Source: Eukaryota sp. GEM-RC1 (taxonomy: Eukaryota). Taken from it: DNA of 64,000 bases. Below the pieces are notes generated by a model that saw only the letters and a program-made list of their open reading frames with translations, ran no database searches and was not told where the DNA came from. Of this stretch, positions 11,862-22,687 are shown one piece after another. The stretch is taken from the NCBI GenBank assembly GCA_040285855.1, contig JAUFOQ010000003.1, forward strand, positions 434,001-498,000, written 5' to 3'. The first letter of the stretch is position 1, and each line of letters opens with the position of its first letter. The translations under genes and the position numbers were made by a program.

Positions 11862-12443
11862 TCAAACATCGTCATCCTCAAGAAATTCTTCAAGAGAAAA
11901 GTCTGCAACATGTTCAGAAGGGAACCCAAGATCAGAAGAAGAAGAACTTATTTTGGGTTTGGGAGTTCGGGGTACTTGCAATACATAATCATAATAGCTG
12001 TTGTTCTTAACAGATGAAGAGCGTGAATGCTTCAAAAGACGATTCTCTTGTCTCAGAGCTTCAATCTCAGAGGTTAAACTTACAATCTCAGCGGAATGAC
12101 TTTTTCTCAACTTTTGTAGTTGGGTGGCAAGAGTTTTATCCAGAGTATCTTCAACTTCTGAGATACGTTTTTGATACATTCGTCGATCATCTTCCAGTTG
12201 TCTTTTTAACGAACTTACTTGAGCCTGCAGATCACTGACTAGAGACTGTTGGGAGTTATTTGCATGTATAGAGGTGTAGTCATCAAGAGGAGTTAAGGAA
12301 TGTTCAGCTAGACCACGTAGTTTGAGTAATTCGTTGAACGTGTCAACTATACACTTATCTCGTTTAATTAAAGTGGAGAAAGATGATGTAGATGATTTAA
12401 GAGATACAGGATGATGGGGTTCTAGAGTATTGATACTGTCCAT
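11862..12443 (-). CDS. Hypothetical coiled-coil protein
   Basis: 193-aa ATG ORF with heptad pattern; head-to-head with the next gene. Confidence 0.65.
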   Translation of the reverse strand: MDSINTLEPHHPVSLKSSTSSFSTLIKRDKCIVDTFNELLKLRGLAEHSLTPLDDYTSIHANNSQQSLVSDLQAQVSSLKRQLEDDRRMYQKRISEVEDTLDKTLATQLQKLRKSHSAEIVSLTSEIEALRQENRLLKHSRSSSVKNNSYYDYVLQVPRTPKPKISSSSSDLGFPSEHVADFSLEEFLEDDDV

Positions 12444-12505
12444 TACGATAAGCCGATATTGGAAAGAATCATCACAGAAGACAGAGACAACTAGAAGATA
12501 TCCTC

Positions 12506-13219
12506 ATGTTTCAGTGGACTGAAGTTGTCCTCCTTTCATTTGTCTTCCTTGAATGCTATAGTCTTAGATTGTCCCCCGTGAACGAAACTAATTTTCGATG
12601 TCCTCTATCTCGTGTTGCAATTCCTCGTGATAATTTGAACGATCGCTATTTTTGTGGTCTCTGTATTCCTGGTTTATCCGGAATCTCGTCTTCACTCTCT
12701 CTGTCCCCACCCGATTTCAAAGTACCTTCAACAATCCAAGATTCGGTTACATCTCCAAACATCCGCCGACAACATTTATCTGTTGCTTGTCACATTGATG
12801 AGTTCTGCTCTGATAATGGTCTTTGTCAGCCCTTGAAAGACCATCCTTTGTTGTTTTCACATTGTTCCGATGACAGATTTTGTGGGGGACTCTATTGCCA
12901 AGACCGTACATGTGTTCCATGTCCTGCTGTTCTACCATCGTCAGCTGCTCCAGCTGTTGTATCTTTCTGTTCCAACTTTCATTACAATAATAATTTGGTT
13001 AGAATGCTCTTTTCTTTCGTCAGCAACCCTCATCTTGTTATCTATGCTGCCATTGGAACCCTCATGTTCATTATTGCTATTCTCTGTACGATCAGTGGCC
13101 AATCTTTTATTAACTTACCCAAACTAATGCCATTAAATGAATCTGAAGCAATTCAATTGGGCGCTAGCGTTGCTCACATTACAACATTGAGTGGTGAATC
13201 CCGTGATACTTTACAATAA
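12506..13219 (+). CDS. Hypothetical Cys-rich single-pass membrane protein
   Basis: N-terminal hydrophobic signal, Cys-rich middle, hydrophobic segment LVIYAAIGTLMFIIAILCTI. Confidence 0.7.
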   Translation: MFQWTEVVLLSFVFLECYSLRLSPVNETNFRCPLSRVAIPRDNLNDRYFCGLCIPGLSGISSSLSLSPPDFKVPSTIQDSVTSPNIRRQHLSVACHIDEFCSDNGLCQPLKDHPLLFSHCSDDRFCGGLYCQDRTCVPCPAVLPSSAAPAVVSFCSNFHYNNNLVRMLFSFVSNPHLVIYAAIGTLMFIIAILCTISGQSFINLPKLMPLNESEAIQLGASVAHITTLSGESRDTLQ

Positions 13220-13234
13220 ACATATTAGTCAAAC

Positions 13235-14081
13235 TTAGCTATTTCGTAACAAAGCAGCTTTGAGCTTAGCATTCTCCGAGCGAAGATCATCAACCATGTC
13301 CTTGAGCAGTGTAGCAGAACTAGCATCCTGATCACGTTGGTGGTCTTTATGCATTTGTTCCATGCGACCACGTAGCTCAGCCAATTGACGGCGAAGTTTG
13401 ACGTTGTCTTGTTGAAGTTGTTCCATTTGGTCAGACTTAGATACAAGCTGCTTCCGGAGCTCATCGATTTCCTTCTGGTTATCGAGCTTTTGAACACCTC
13501 TCTGCCTTTCGTACCTATCGAGCAACATTTGAGCTTCCATTTCCCTATAGCCACTTTCCTCCAGGTGCTCCTTAAGCTCAGCAGTTCGGGCGTAATCATC
13601 CATTACGCTAGACCGACGTTTGCGGGACTTATCCCTTTCGTCCAACTTAATAGCTCTAGTACAAAGAAGACACATAAGTTGGTCATCCTTCATATCAGGT
13701 TCCCGTCTGAATGCACAGTACAGGTTACACTTGATACATTGACAAGGTTCTCCGTACTTGTCTCGCTGACGGTCACAATTATGGCACAGAGAGCCAGTCC
13801 ATGCAGCTTTGTTGCCACAGAATTCGCAATAAGAGGGCTCTGTCTGAAGTGTGTTAAGATTGTGTTTACAATGATCACAGACGGGAACTTGTTCTGGGTT
13901 CTTTGCATCTCTTTCAAGTTGGTGAAAGTCAATGCGGCAGTAGCAACAGACCACACGAGAAAGGCGTTTGAGACATTCAGGGCAGATTTTCTCACCCCTA
14001 GAGATGTGTCTAGAGTGAGAGAGCGGAGAGTTAGTCATACGAAACAACGGGATTAGAAGAGCAATTACGACAAGTAGGCAT
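13235..14081 (-). CDS. FAM76-family zinc-finger/coiled-coil protein, two exons (14081-14041, 14009-13235)
   Basis: Repeated CxxC pairs (CEFCGNKAAW, KYGEPCQCIKCNLYCAF, LMCLLCT) followed by coiled coil. Splicing a 31-nt intron gives MPTCRNCSSNPVVSHISRGEKICPEC and completes the first CxxC-x15-CxxC unit. Confidence 0.85.
14010..14040 (-). other. 31-nt spliceosomal intron
   Basis: GTATGActaactctccgctctCTCACtctAG. Removal gives TC|A CAC in frame with ATG 14081. Confidence 0.8.
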
Positions 14082-14875
14082 TTGAAGAAGTGGAAAAATG
14101 GTTTCCAAATTCAGACCATACTACTATTTGCGCACAGTTGTCCTTGCAGTATAAAGATGGTATTGTCCCTCCGATACCAATCCTTTCTACACACCACTGT
14201 AAAACATAGATTGTACCTGAAGCATAACAACATCATGAAATACAACCACCAAAACGACACAGGACGAAAATAAAATGCACTCTGAAAAGTCAAAAGAGGT
14301 GCATGGAGAAAGAAGACAACAAACTGACAATAAATGACGTGTCAGATGGGTTTAGCATGATGATGCATGAACCACAAGACAAGCTAACAAGACCTAGTTA
14401 TGGAACGACAAAGGGAAAAGAACACGAGATGATTTTGGTCAAAACATATAAAGTAGAAACAAACAAGAATGTTGATAAACTGTTTGAGACGACGGAAGGT
14501 AAGAACAATGACCAAAGCCGATGTCAAAAGCAGATGGTTGAAGTGGTACTTGTTGGAAATGTTGTTAAGAGAAATCTTCTCATTTAAAGTCCAATAACCA
14601 ACGTTTCACCTACATGTAGTTGATATCGATCAATCAAATAACATTCTACAAGTGCTTAGTAACTACTAGAACTAGATTTGTTGTATTTTGTCGTGTTTCT
14701 TCAATCAGTCTCATCATGCAACACTATTAAAATCATCTAAATTCGACTAATTTTGGTGAGACTAATTCTGCCCAATGTAGCACTCAAAAGTATTTTCTAA
14801 AAAATACAACTAACTTTTTGGCTTCTCTGCTTCTTCTTTGTTAAAATATTCTGTTTAGAATTTGATGCCTAAAGG

Positions 14876-15035
14876 TAGGGATGGGGGAACTCCAACTGGA
14901 CTTCACTCCACTCGTAGAAATTATAGAAATCCAACTCGACTTCTCTCCAAATGATAAATTTTACAAGTGAACTTCACTCGAACTTCACTTCATAACTCGT
15001 AGAAATTTGAAGTGAGTTTGGAGTCTTGGAGTAGA
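14876..15035. mobile_element. Solo hAT-like terminus with subterminal repeats
   Basis: Starts TAGGGATG like the 25363 element, followed by repeated (a)acttcact/aactc motifs and inverted gagt copies. No partner TIR or TSD found. Confidence 0.4.
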
Positions 15036-15244
15036 ACCTGAAGGTTTAAAGTCATTGGCTATTTCATCCTTTAAACGACCAATAATGTTATTATAAACTA
15101 ATCTCTCAAAATTCACACATCAAGAAGAAAATTTGGAATAGAAAAAATGTAAAACACATTGCAGTTGAATAAAGTTAGGTTTAATATTCACAAACTACTT
15201 ACTCAAAAGAATTTACAACATAGATATAAGCACAACGTTTCTAC

Positions 15245-15871
15245 TTACTGCTTAGGACACTTGTCAGAAGCAAGAAATGTAGCGACCTTTGGACGAGATC
15301 CAACACGTTCAATGAAAGAAACAATTGTTGGGTAATCATTAAGGAAAGAGGCACCCAACACGTCGCCTGCAAAAGTCAAGGCATCATACACTGCTAAATC
15401 ACAGTAAGAAAACTGTCCTAACAAATATTCTTTACCTTCAAGGAGACGACTGAAAGTGGAAAGCCAACGAGGACCTCCGTTCTGTTGTAAATTCTCCAGC
15501 TCACGAGCCTTAGCTTCATCGGACCCAGCAAAAACTACCTTATAGAGAAGACCACGGAAATCTTCGGCTGCCAGTGTATGAGCAAGAGCTTGCTGACGAG
15601 CAATTAGATCGTCGGAAATCAACCCATGACGCAAAGCAATATACTCTACGATAGCAGGGCATTGTGCAAGACGAACTGTGGAATCACTACCTTCAATATC
15701 GGTTACATCAAGAACAGGTAATTGTCCATAAGGAAAAGAGTTTTCAGCTTTCAAAGATCTAAATCTGGCAAAATCACATTGTTCTTCAACCCAGTCCTGA
15801 TCGGCTTCGGCTAAAGCGAGACGAATTTGTTGAGCGCGGCCTTTTGCTGGGAAGTAATACAGAGAATACAT
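15245..15871 (-). CDS. Glutathione S-transferase (sigma/pi/mu-like, Tyr-type)
   Basis: LYYFPAKGRAQQIRLAL, PYGQLPVL, LAQCPAIVEYIA, YLLGQFSYCDLAVYD, YPTI..F.ERV.SRPKV. Confidence 0.93.
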   Translation of the reverse strand: MYSLYYFPAKGRAQQIRLALAEADQDWVEEQCDFARFRSLKAENSFPYGQLPVLDVTDIEGSDSTVRLAQCPAIVEYIALRHGLISDDLIARQQALAHTLAAEDFRGLLYKVVFAGSDEAKARELENLQQNGGPRWLSTFSRLLEGKEYLLGQFSYCDLAVYDALTFAGDVLGASFLNDYPTIVSFIERVGSRPKVATFLASDKCPKQ

Positions 15872-16503
15872 CCTAGTCTGATGTGAGAGAAATCCCCTTA
15901 AAAAATTCAGGTGTCATCATGACGTTTATGCAGTGTTGATTTCCACCTATAGCTGGGTGCCACTCAGCTGTTGACCAACTGTATGTCCATCCACGACTTA
16001 TATAGTTCAACGTGTTCTGACTAAAATTATTTCAACAGGAATTATTTCCAAGTTAGGAGATGCCAATAACATCATATTTACTTTTCAACGGTTTTTCAAT
16101 CCCAGAAAGACAGTAGTTCATCTTTAGTTAGTTTTAATCACACTGTGAAAGTCCTCATAAATAGTGTATAAAGTTGTTATTGCTCCAATACATATGCCTC
16201 ATTATTTAATACTACTAGGAGGAAAATTTTGGAGTACTGCATTTTTGTCAACAGCTACTGTAGACAAAATGGAATCTAACACGTATTAACACGTGTTAAC
16301 ACGCGTGTTAGGACGTGTTAACACGCGTGTTACGTGTCATGTGTTTGCGTTACAAGAATTTTACCTGGTTTCGTGTACAACGATAACAGCTCATTCCTTC
16401 TACACATTCATCCCTACGATACTCTACATCCCTGTAGGGGCTTCTAAAACGACGTATTTCATTCTTTAAGCCGTTGTAATAGAAACGTTTGAAGGGTCTG
16501 AAT

Positions 16504-17451
16504 TAGAGCTGTCAACGGCTTGAGCCGAATGGTTTGGCTTGTAAAATTCTAAACTGGTTCGGCTTTGGCTTGAGCCATTTGAGTAAGCCGAACCAAAGTG
16601 ACAAGTCGACTTGAAGCCGAGCCAAGTCGATATTTTTTCGGCTTGAATAAACAAATATTTTGTAATTGTTTCTATTGATGAAACTCATCACAAAATACTG
16701 TCGTTGTAATACCAATGTGAATGAATGCCTTGATGTCTTGTGAATCTAAAGAATGAGCAGATTCATCGTTTTCGTCATCACAACAATAAACTATTTCATA
16801 TCCATATATGAGCCAATCCTTTCAGCATTAACGAAGTTAAAGATTCGTCGTCAAGTGATGATATTTTTTTGCACTTGATATGGTCAGCAACGGAAAAAAC
16901 CCTTTCACAGGGAATTGAAATCACATGAATGATCAGAAAATCTCTGCCAAAGTAGGATACTTCTTACTGTGCAATTTCCACTATACAAGGACATGATTTA
17001 ATATCGTTTAAATACAAACTCTTGTACCTTTGAAATTGGTCTTCTTCCACTATAACCTCATGACCATCTGGGGCAGTGATGGGAAACGTAAGAATTCCTT
17101 GGTGATTTTTCAGAGTCATGAGAGAGAGGAGCAGTAAATCTACAATAGTAAGAATTTTATCAGTGATGAACACAATTATGAGTGCGCTAGCGGTTTTTCT
17201 ATAACTTTTTGTATTTGTTTGTACGTCTTATGAATCGATGTATGTAATGAACTTGGTCAACTTGTTCATTTACTATTTATAGTGTTCGAAGTAAGTTCAA
17301 GCCGCGGCTTGAGCCGAATGGTTCGGCTTGGAGAATTCCAAACTGGTTCGGCTTTGGCTTGAGCCAATTGAGTAAGCCAAGCCAAATTTCGATATGACTT
17401 GGTTCAAGTCGTTCGGTTTACGGCTTGAGCCGAACCGTGTGACAAGCTCTA
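16504..17451 (-). mobile_element. Non-autonomous hAT element with decayed transposase C-terminus
   Basis: TIRs tagagctgtca / tgacaagctcta; 8-bp TSD gtctgaat (16496-16503, 17452-17459); subterminal gcttgagccg arrays; minus strand near 16880-16965 gives YPTLAE..SIPCERVFSVA (hAT dimerisation motif). Confidence 0.88.
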
Positions 17452-18479
17452 GTCTGAATGCATTAATTGAATTATGTTGTTGAGGTTACTTGTTCAATCC
17501 AAGTGTTATACCCATTTGTTTTATCTGTAGACAAGATACTTGTTGCCTGTGACACTAAACATGACACGACAACTTACTGCTTTCGTGACGTTCAGGAATA
17601 GATATCGATGCATTCTTTGAATTTCTCAGAATAACTTTGAAATGACTGATTGATTCTGTTTTTGAAAGTCAAGGTGTAAACGTTGGCAGAGGTTTGTATC
17701 AAAATTCATAAAGAGAACAGATCTTTGGGCTCTAAGTCTAATATACATTTTCTTGTAATATACTGTTTTCCTTCACGGATCAGGATCATTAGATAGCTAA
17801 ATTACCCAGTATTACCCAGAGAATCCTTCATGAATGTAACACTAACAATTGTTTAATTAATTCTACAAAAAGCTAATAGAACACGCATCACCAAAAAATC
17901 ATTGCCGAAAAATGACCACACGTTGTGGTTTGTGATTTACGATTATGATGCAAAATATGACACGTAAAAGAATATCGTAAGAATAGATGACGTAAACCCT
18001 GATAGGGGGGAAGGAAAATGTATGTATCACACTAAAACCACTGAGCCGAACCTTGAGTTGTAACTCTACAACTTACTACTGTAGTAGTTGTACCAGCCAA
18101 ACTCGATTTGTATTATTGAGCAAGAGTAGGACTCAGGCATCCAGTCAATTCGAGGTTAACCAATTTTTCGTGAATCAGCTTGACTCAAAAAACACCCACA
18201 TGTTGTATGTACAACAACCATTTCTGGATTGGCACAACCTCTTATTTCAATTGAGTGTGATACATGTATAAGACTTTTCTATTCATTATGGAGTTCATTT
18301 GTCAAGTTGAACTGAAACAACAATTGCAATTTGTATCTTCTCAAAACTTTATCGGCTTTTAGATGAATTGCTCTAAGGACATTCAATTGAAGTGTTCAAA
18401 CAATTGCAATGGTGCATCTAATGTTAGAAATTTTGTTATAATATGCTTTCAAAGGGTAGACGTAAATGCTAGCAAATAC

Positions 18480-18630
18480 TTCCGACCGTTTCAACTTGCT
18501 ATTGGAGTCCCTGATAGCACACCAACTGCTACTTAGTGTACTTATGTACTGTTAAATGGATCTCCCTCCAATTATCTTTTGAATATTGATATCAAAAATG
18601 CTTTCAATTCAGTTTTAAGATCTAGAATTA
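18480..18630 (+). mobile_element. Internal RT fragment of CRE-like element
   Basis: PFQLAIGVPDST..*..NYLLNIDIKNAFNSVLRSRI matches the QlgvG and DxxNAFNxxxR motifs of CRE-clade RTs. Confidence 0.7.
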
Positions 18631-20566
18631 CATACGCAACACTCAAGGCACTCTTTGTTTTCTTATTGCCTGCAGTTAATTGAAACTGCAAGTCAGTGCC
18701 TTATCGCATTTGTCAATGAACGAAAAGAAACCTTGTTGTATTTCTATTAAGTTGTTTGTTAAAATCATAACAAAGAGTTGTGTTTCAGAGTGCAACGATT
18801 TTTCCTTTGAGTAGTTGACCACATGTGTTATGATGTGGCAGTGTTGAAGTATAGTGTAGCTAATTATAAATCATATTATCCTTTCCCCTTGTATGTCTAC
18901 CCATTCAGGTAACAGAGTAGAACAACTGCAAGAACACTGTGAAACATCTTTTACTCACCCATAAATCTGATCGGTCAAGCGACGCTCTCTATTTTTTCTT
19001 GTTTTGGTACCAAGAGAACTATGGGAAATGTTCAATCATCAAATTGAACCTTATGTCAAATGTTAGTTAGTGTGACGCGATATTAAAAAAAGTGACGTGT
19101 CACAAATTAGCATAGATTTCTGCGTATCAATTAACATGTTTTCTTCCCTACAAATCTGGATTACTGCAACAAAGATCTTTGTTGAGTTTGAAAATGACCG
19201 ACATTCAATCGAAGTCGATCCTACGAACAATGTCTGCCAAGGACATTTTGAGATTCTCACAAGAGATGAAACTCGATCAAAAAGTACCCTTGTAGATTTA
19301 TTCAAAATCTGTTATTATTTTGAGTAATTGATAACCAGTATCTAGTTTGAAGTTCTGAGTGGGAGAAGTTCCTTCTCCTACTGGGTAGAACCACAGTAAA
19401 CCCGCTTTCAACATAAACAAGAACCGCAGATGAAGACAAACAAGGAGAGTTGATGACGTGAATATAAGGAGCAAAAACAAGTTACTCGCCTTTTCATGGA
19501 CTTAGGTCAAAATTGTTGGAGAAACCTTAAGATTCTAGTTGAATCAACTGGAACTCACCAATCACGCTCTCTTTCAACAGAAACTGTGGGATCATAATGC
19601 TTTCTTCTTTCAGGTTCAATTCATAGTGTTAGAAGAGCAATTCGGTTTTCACGACAATGTGTTCTGTTTGATTTCTTCAAGTTGAGATCAAAGAAGCGTG
19701 GAAATTCATCATATACACGTATGAGGGAGTCTTGTTGTAAGACGATCGTGTGAACGTCTTTAATTGAACCACTGTTCAAAGTTTTGATGTTAAGATGAAC
19801 GAGCATCCCCTTTATTTCAGCGTTATGTGCCATAATGCCATACGGCCATACGCGTATGGCATTTTCTGCCATAAAGATGGTTAATTTTCTGTGATAATAT
19901 TCATAAGTTGCAACTTAATCCTAACAAATGTAATACAATCATCCGATATCATTCAATAACAGTTTCTAGTACAGTAGCGAAGAACTGGAGGTGTTGTAAT
20001 TGGGTTAGAGCAAGACAATTGATCATGAAAGAATGTAAATTGATGACTTCTGCCTGAAAAGACTCGGATTTATCAATAGGTATCGTATTTAGATGTTGAA
20101 TATAAATGAAGTACATTCGTGATTTTGAACACATCTAGAGAGATTTCTTAAAGAATCCTCAGTTCTTTAATCGCCCAAGAAGATAAGTCTTAAAGAGTGA
20201 GAGGGAGGTGGTCACGAGCATAATTTTGTATTTGACTTTTAATGTGGTTGTTTAGTCTTGTAAAATACATTTTGAGAAAAATTGGAAGAAGATTGTACTG
20301 GATTTACGATGAACAACAATGGTTTATTCCTTTTCCCACTAACATCAATATAGTGCAGCTAGCTGCAGATATAACTCCTAGAATACGGCTTAACATTGAC
20401 TTCAATGTTTCAATTAGGTCTCAAAAAGTGTTTCAATTGTTTCCAATTTGCAATTTGGTATTGTTGTACCCGGTGGCATGGGTTTTTGTTGCAATTTTAG
20501 AGAGTTTGCAATTACAGGGGTTGCAATTAGAGAAAGTTTACTGTACAATGTGGTGTTGGGTTAAAA

Positions 20567-22001
20567 CCATAGCTTGAAATTATGAACTGGAAAAATAATT
20601 ATTATTATTATTATTATTATTGTGATTATAATTATTACAAGCATAATTCCATAATATTGATAATTATAGCAATGATAGACCCAACAGAATTTTGTAACGG
20701 AAAACAATCGAAACTCATCTACATGTACGTTTACTAGTTGTAATAATGATGTTTTTCTTCTTCTTTGAGATCAGAATGCTCTGAAACGTTCTATCTTGCA
20801 ATATATAGCAAGACACCAGACAATAGTAGGTATGTAATTTCGACAAATATGGTGAAAAAATGATTATTATTATTATTATTATTATAGAAATTATTATTAT
20901 TGTTATAACAAATTATTATGGAAAAATTACATAATTTCAAGCTATGGTTAAAACCATAGCTTGAAATTATGAACTGGAAAAAATAATTATTATTATTATT
21001 GTGATTATTATTATTACAAGCATAATTCCATAATATTGATAATTATAGCAATGAAAAGAAGAAAAGATGATTTAAATGGATTTAAGAAACTGTTTTCTTT
21101 TGCACAGAAAGTTTATTTCTTGAAAAATTAGATCACAAATTCATGAAGTCTCAAAGTTTGGTAATCACAACTTTCATGAATCAAAAACAATCACTTTTAT
21201 TACTGAGAATTCTTGAACTCAGCTCACATCATCAATCAATCCAATTATTGATGACTCTATTGCCTAGTATGGAGATTACTACACACTCACTCCCTTGCCA
21301 TCACGCTGACGGGCTTTAATATTTCGACTTTTTCATATTCGTAGATTCTACAATCAATCATTTTTTTAAACTTATTTAAATAAACTCTTACTTCCAATTC
21401 TATATAAATCTAATCGAAAAACACTTTATTCTACTGCTTAATCAGCATCGATCCGAAGAAATTAATTAAGTCGATTACATAAATAACACTACCAGAAAGG
21501 TTGTCAAGAACTAATATAATTTCCTTCAGTGTATGACGATTCTCTCGTTCAAGAGAAATACATTTTTGAATGATGGATTGGAAAAACTAAGTGAAGTTTC
21601 AAGGGAGAATAAAGCAGCGTTATACCATAACGCAATTTTTGATTGCCATACGGGCCATACGCGTATGGCCGTATGGTTGATGGCCTGTCTGGCGTGTTTT
21701 TGAAGTGTTTTAATGAGTTATGTTTTAACCATAGCGTGAAATTATGTAATTTTTCCATAATAATTTGTTATAACAATAATAATAATTTCTATAATAATAA
21801 TAATAATCTTTTTTCACCATATTTGTCGAAATTACATACCTACTATTGTCTGGTGTCTTGCTATATATTGCAAGTTAGAACGTTTCAGAGCATTCTGATC
21901 TCAAAGAAGAAGAAAAAACATCATTATTACAACTAGTAAACGTACATGTAGATGAGTTTCGATTGTTTTCCGTTACAAAATTCTGTTGGGTCTATCATTG
22001 C
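20567..22001. mobile_element. Cluster of one MITE family: full copy 20567-20947, partial tandem copy 20954-21054, partial inverted copy 21729-22001
   Basis: TIR ccatagcttgaaattatg / cataatttcaagctatgg next to ttaa(aa); ~110-bp direct repeat (20559-20675 vs 20946-21054); ~280-bp near-perfect inverted repeat (20669-20953 vs 21723-22001); internal (tat)n tracts. Confidence 0.75.
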
Positions 22002-22290
22002 TTTTTCCAAGTATGACTCTCAAGTAGAAGAATTAAATAGAAACTCATATTCCAAATTTGTGTTTCAACCTTTTGCTGTTTCTCTTTTTGGATCTATTAG
22101 TCCTGCTGGTGATCAATTTTTCAAGGATTTCGAAGAATTGTGTAAAGAAAAGAAGCGTAAGTTTAGAATGGCTGAATGGAAAAACCGTATAGTGTTTTCC
22201 ATATATCGGAATATGCCTTTCTATTTCTCTAGATTAATTGAGAAATTGTACAAGTTTGGTGTGAAGGTTAAGATATGCAAAGCTGTCTAG
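22002..22290 (+). mobile_element. 3' fragment of CRE-like element
   Basis: SKYDSQVEELN..FVFQPFAVSLFGSIS..EWKNRIVFSIYR. Confidence 0.75.
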
Positions 22291-22687
22291 TGCGGATCAA
22301 AGATTTGTGCTTTGATTGATTACATCGGTGCTATAGAATTATAGATTTGTTCTACTTAAAGATTATATAATTACAAATCTTACAACTTGATCAGTGAATA
22401 AACTACAAACACTTGTTTTTCCATTACACTGCAAGTCAGAAAGTCCTCGCACAAGTCAATTATTTAATACTAGTACACCTAGGTAACTGATTGACGACGT
22501 TTATTGGAAAAAATACGAGATCAAACAAATTTCGAACCATTAGTTCAATCAAATCTGATTAGTTCACTCAAAGAACTTAGTTTAAGCTAGTCTGAACTAG
22601 TTTTTTAAAAATATACAACACACTAAAAATACAAAAAGAACTGAATCGTACCAGTACTAGAAATAAATACGCTAAAATCTTCATCAC

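Noticed and set aside
13385..14056. 223-aa plus-strand ORF and similar shadow ORFs over RPA2, CFAP57 and the hAT transposase
   Set aside because: Antisense or alternate-frame shadows of well-supported genes with no motifs.
16504..17451. Repeated gcttgagccgaa units as a CRISPR-like array
   Set aside because: Irregular spacing, confined to both ends of a TIR/TSD-bounded hAT element, and no cas genes; these are subterminal repeats.
19060..20200. Stop-riddled minus-strand coding-like tract
   Set aside because: It looks like a decayed gene, but no family motif could be supported.
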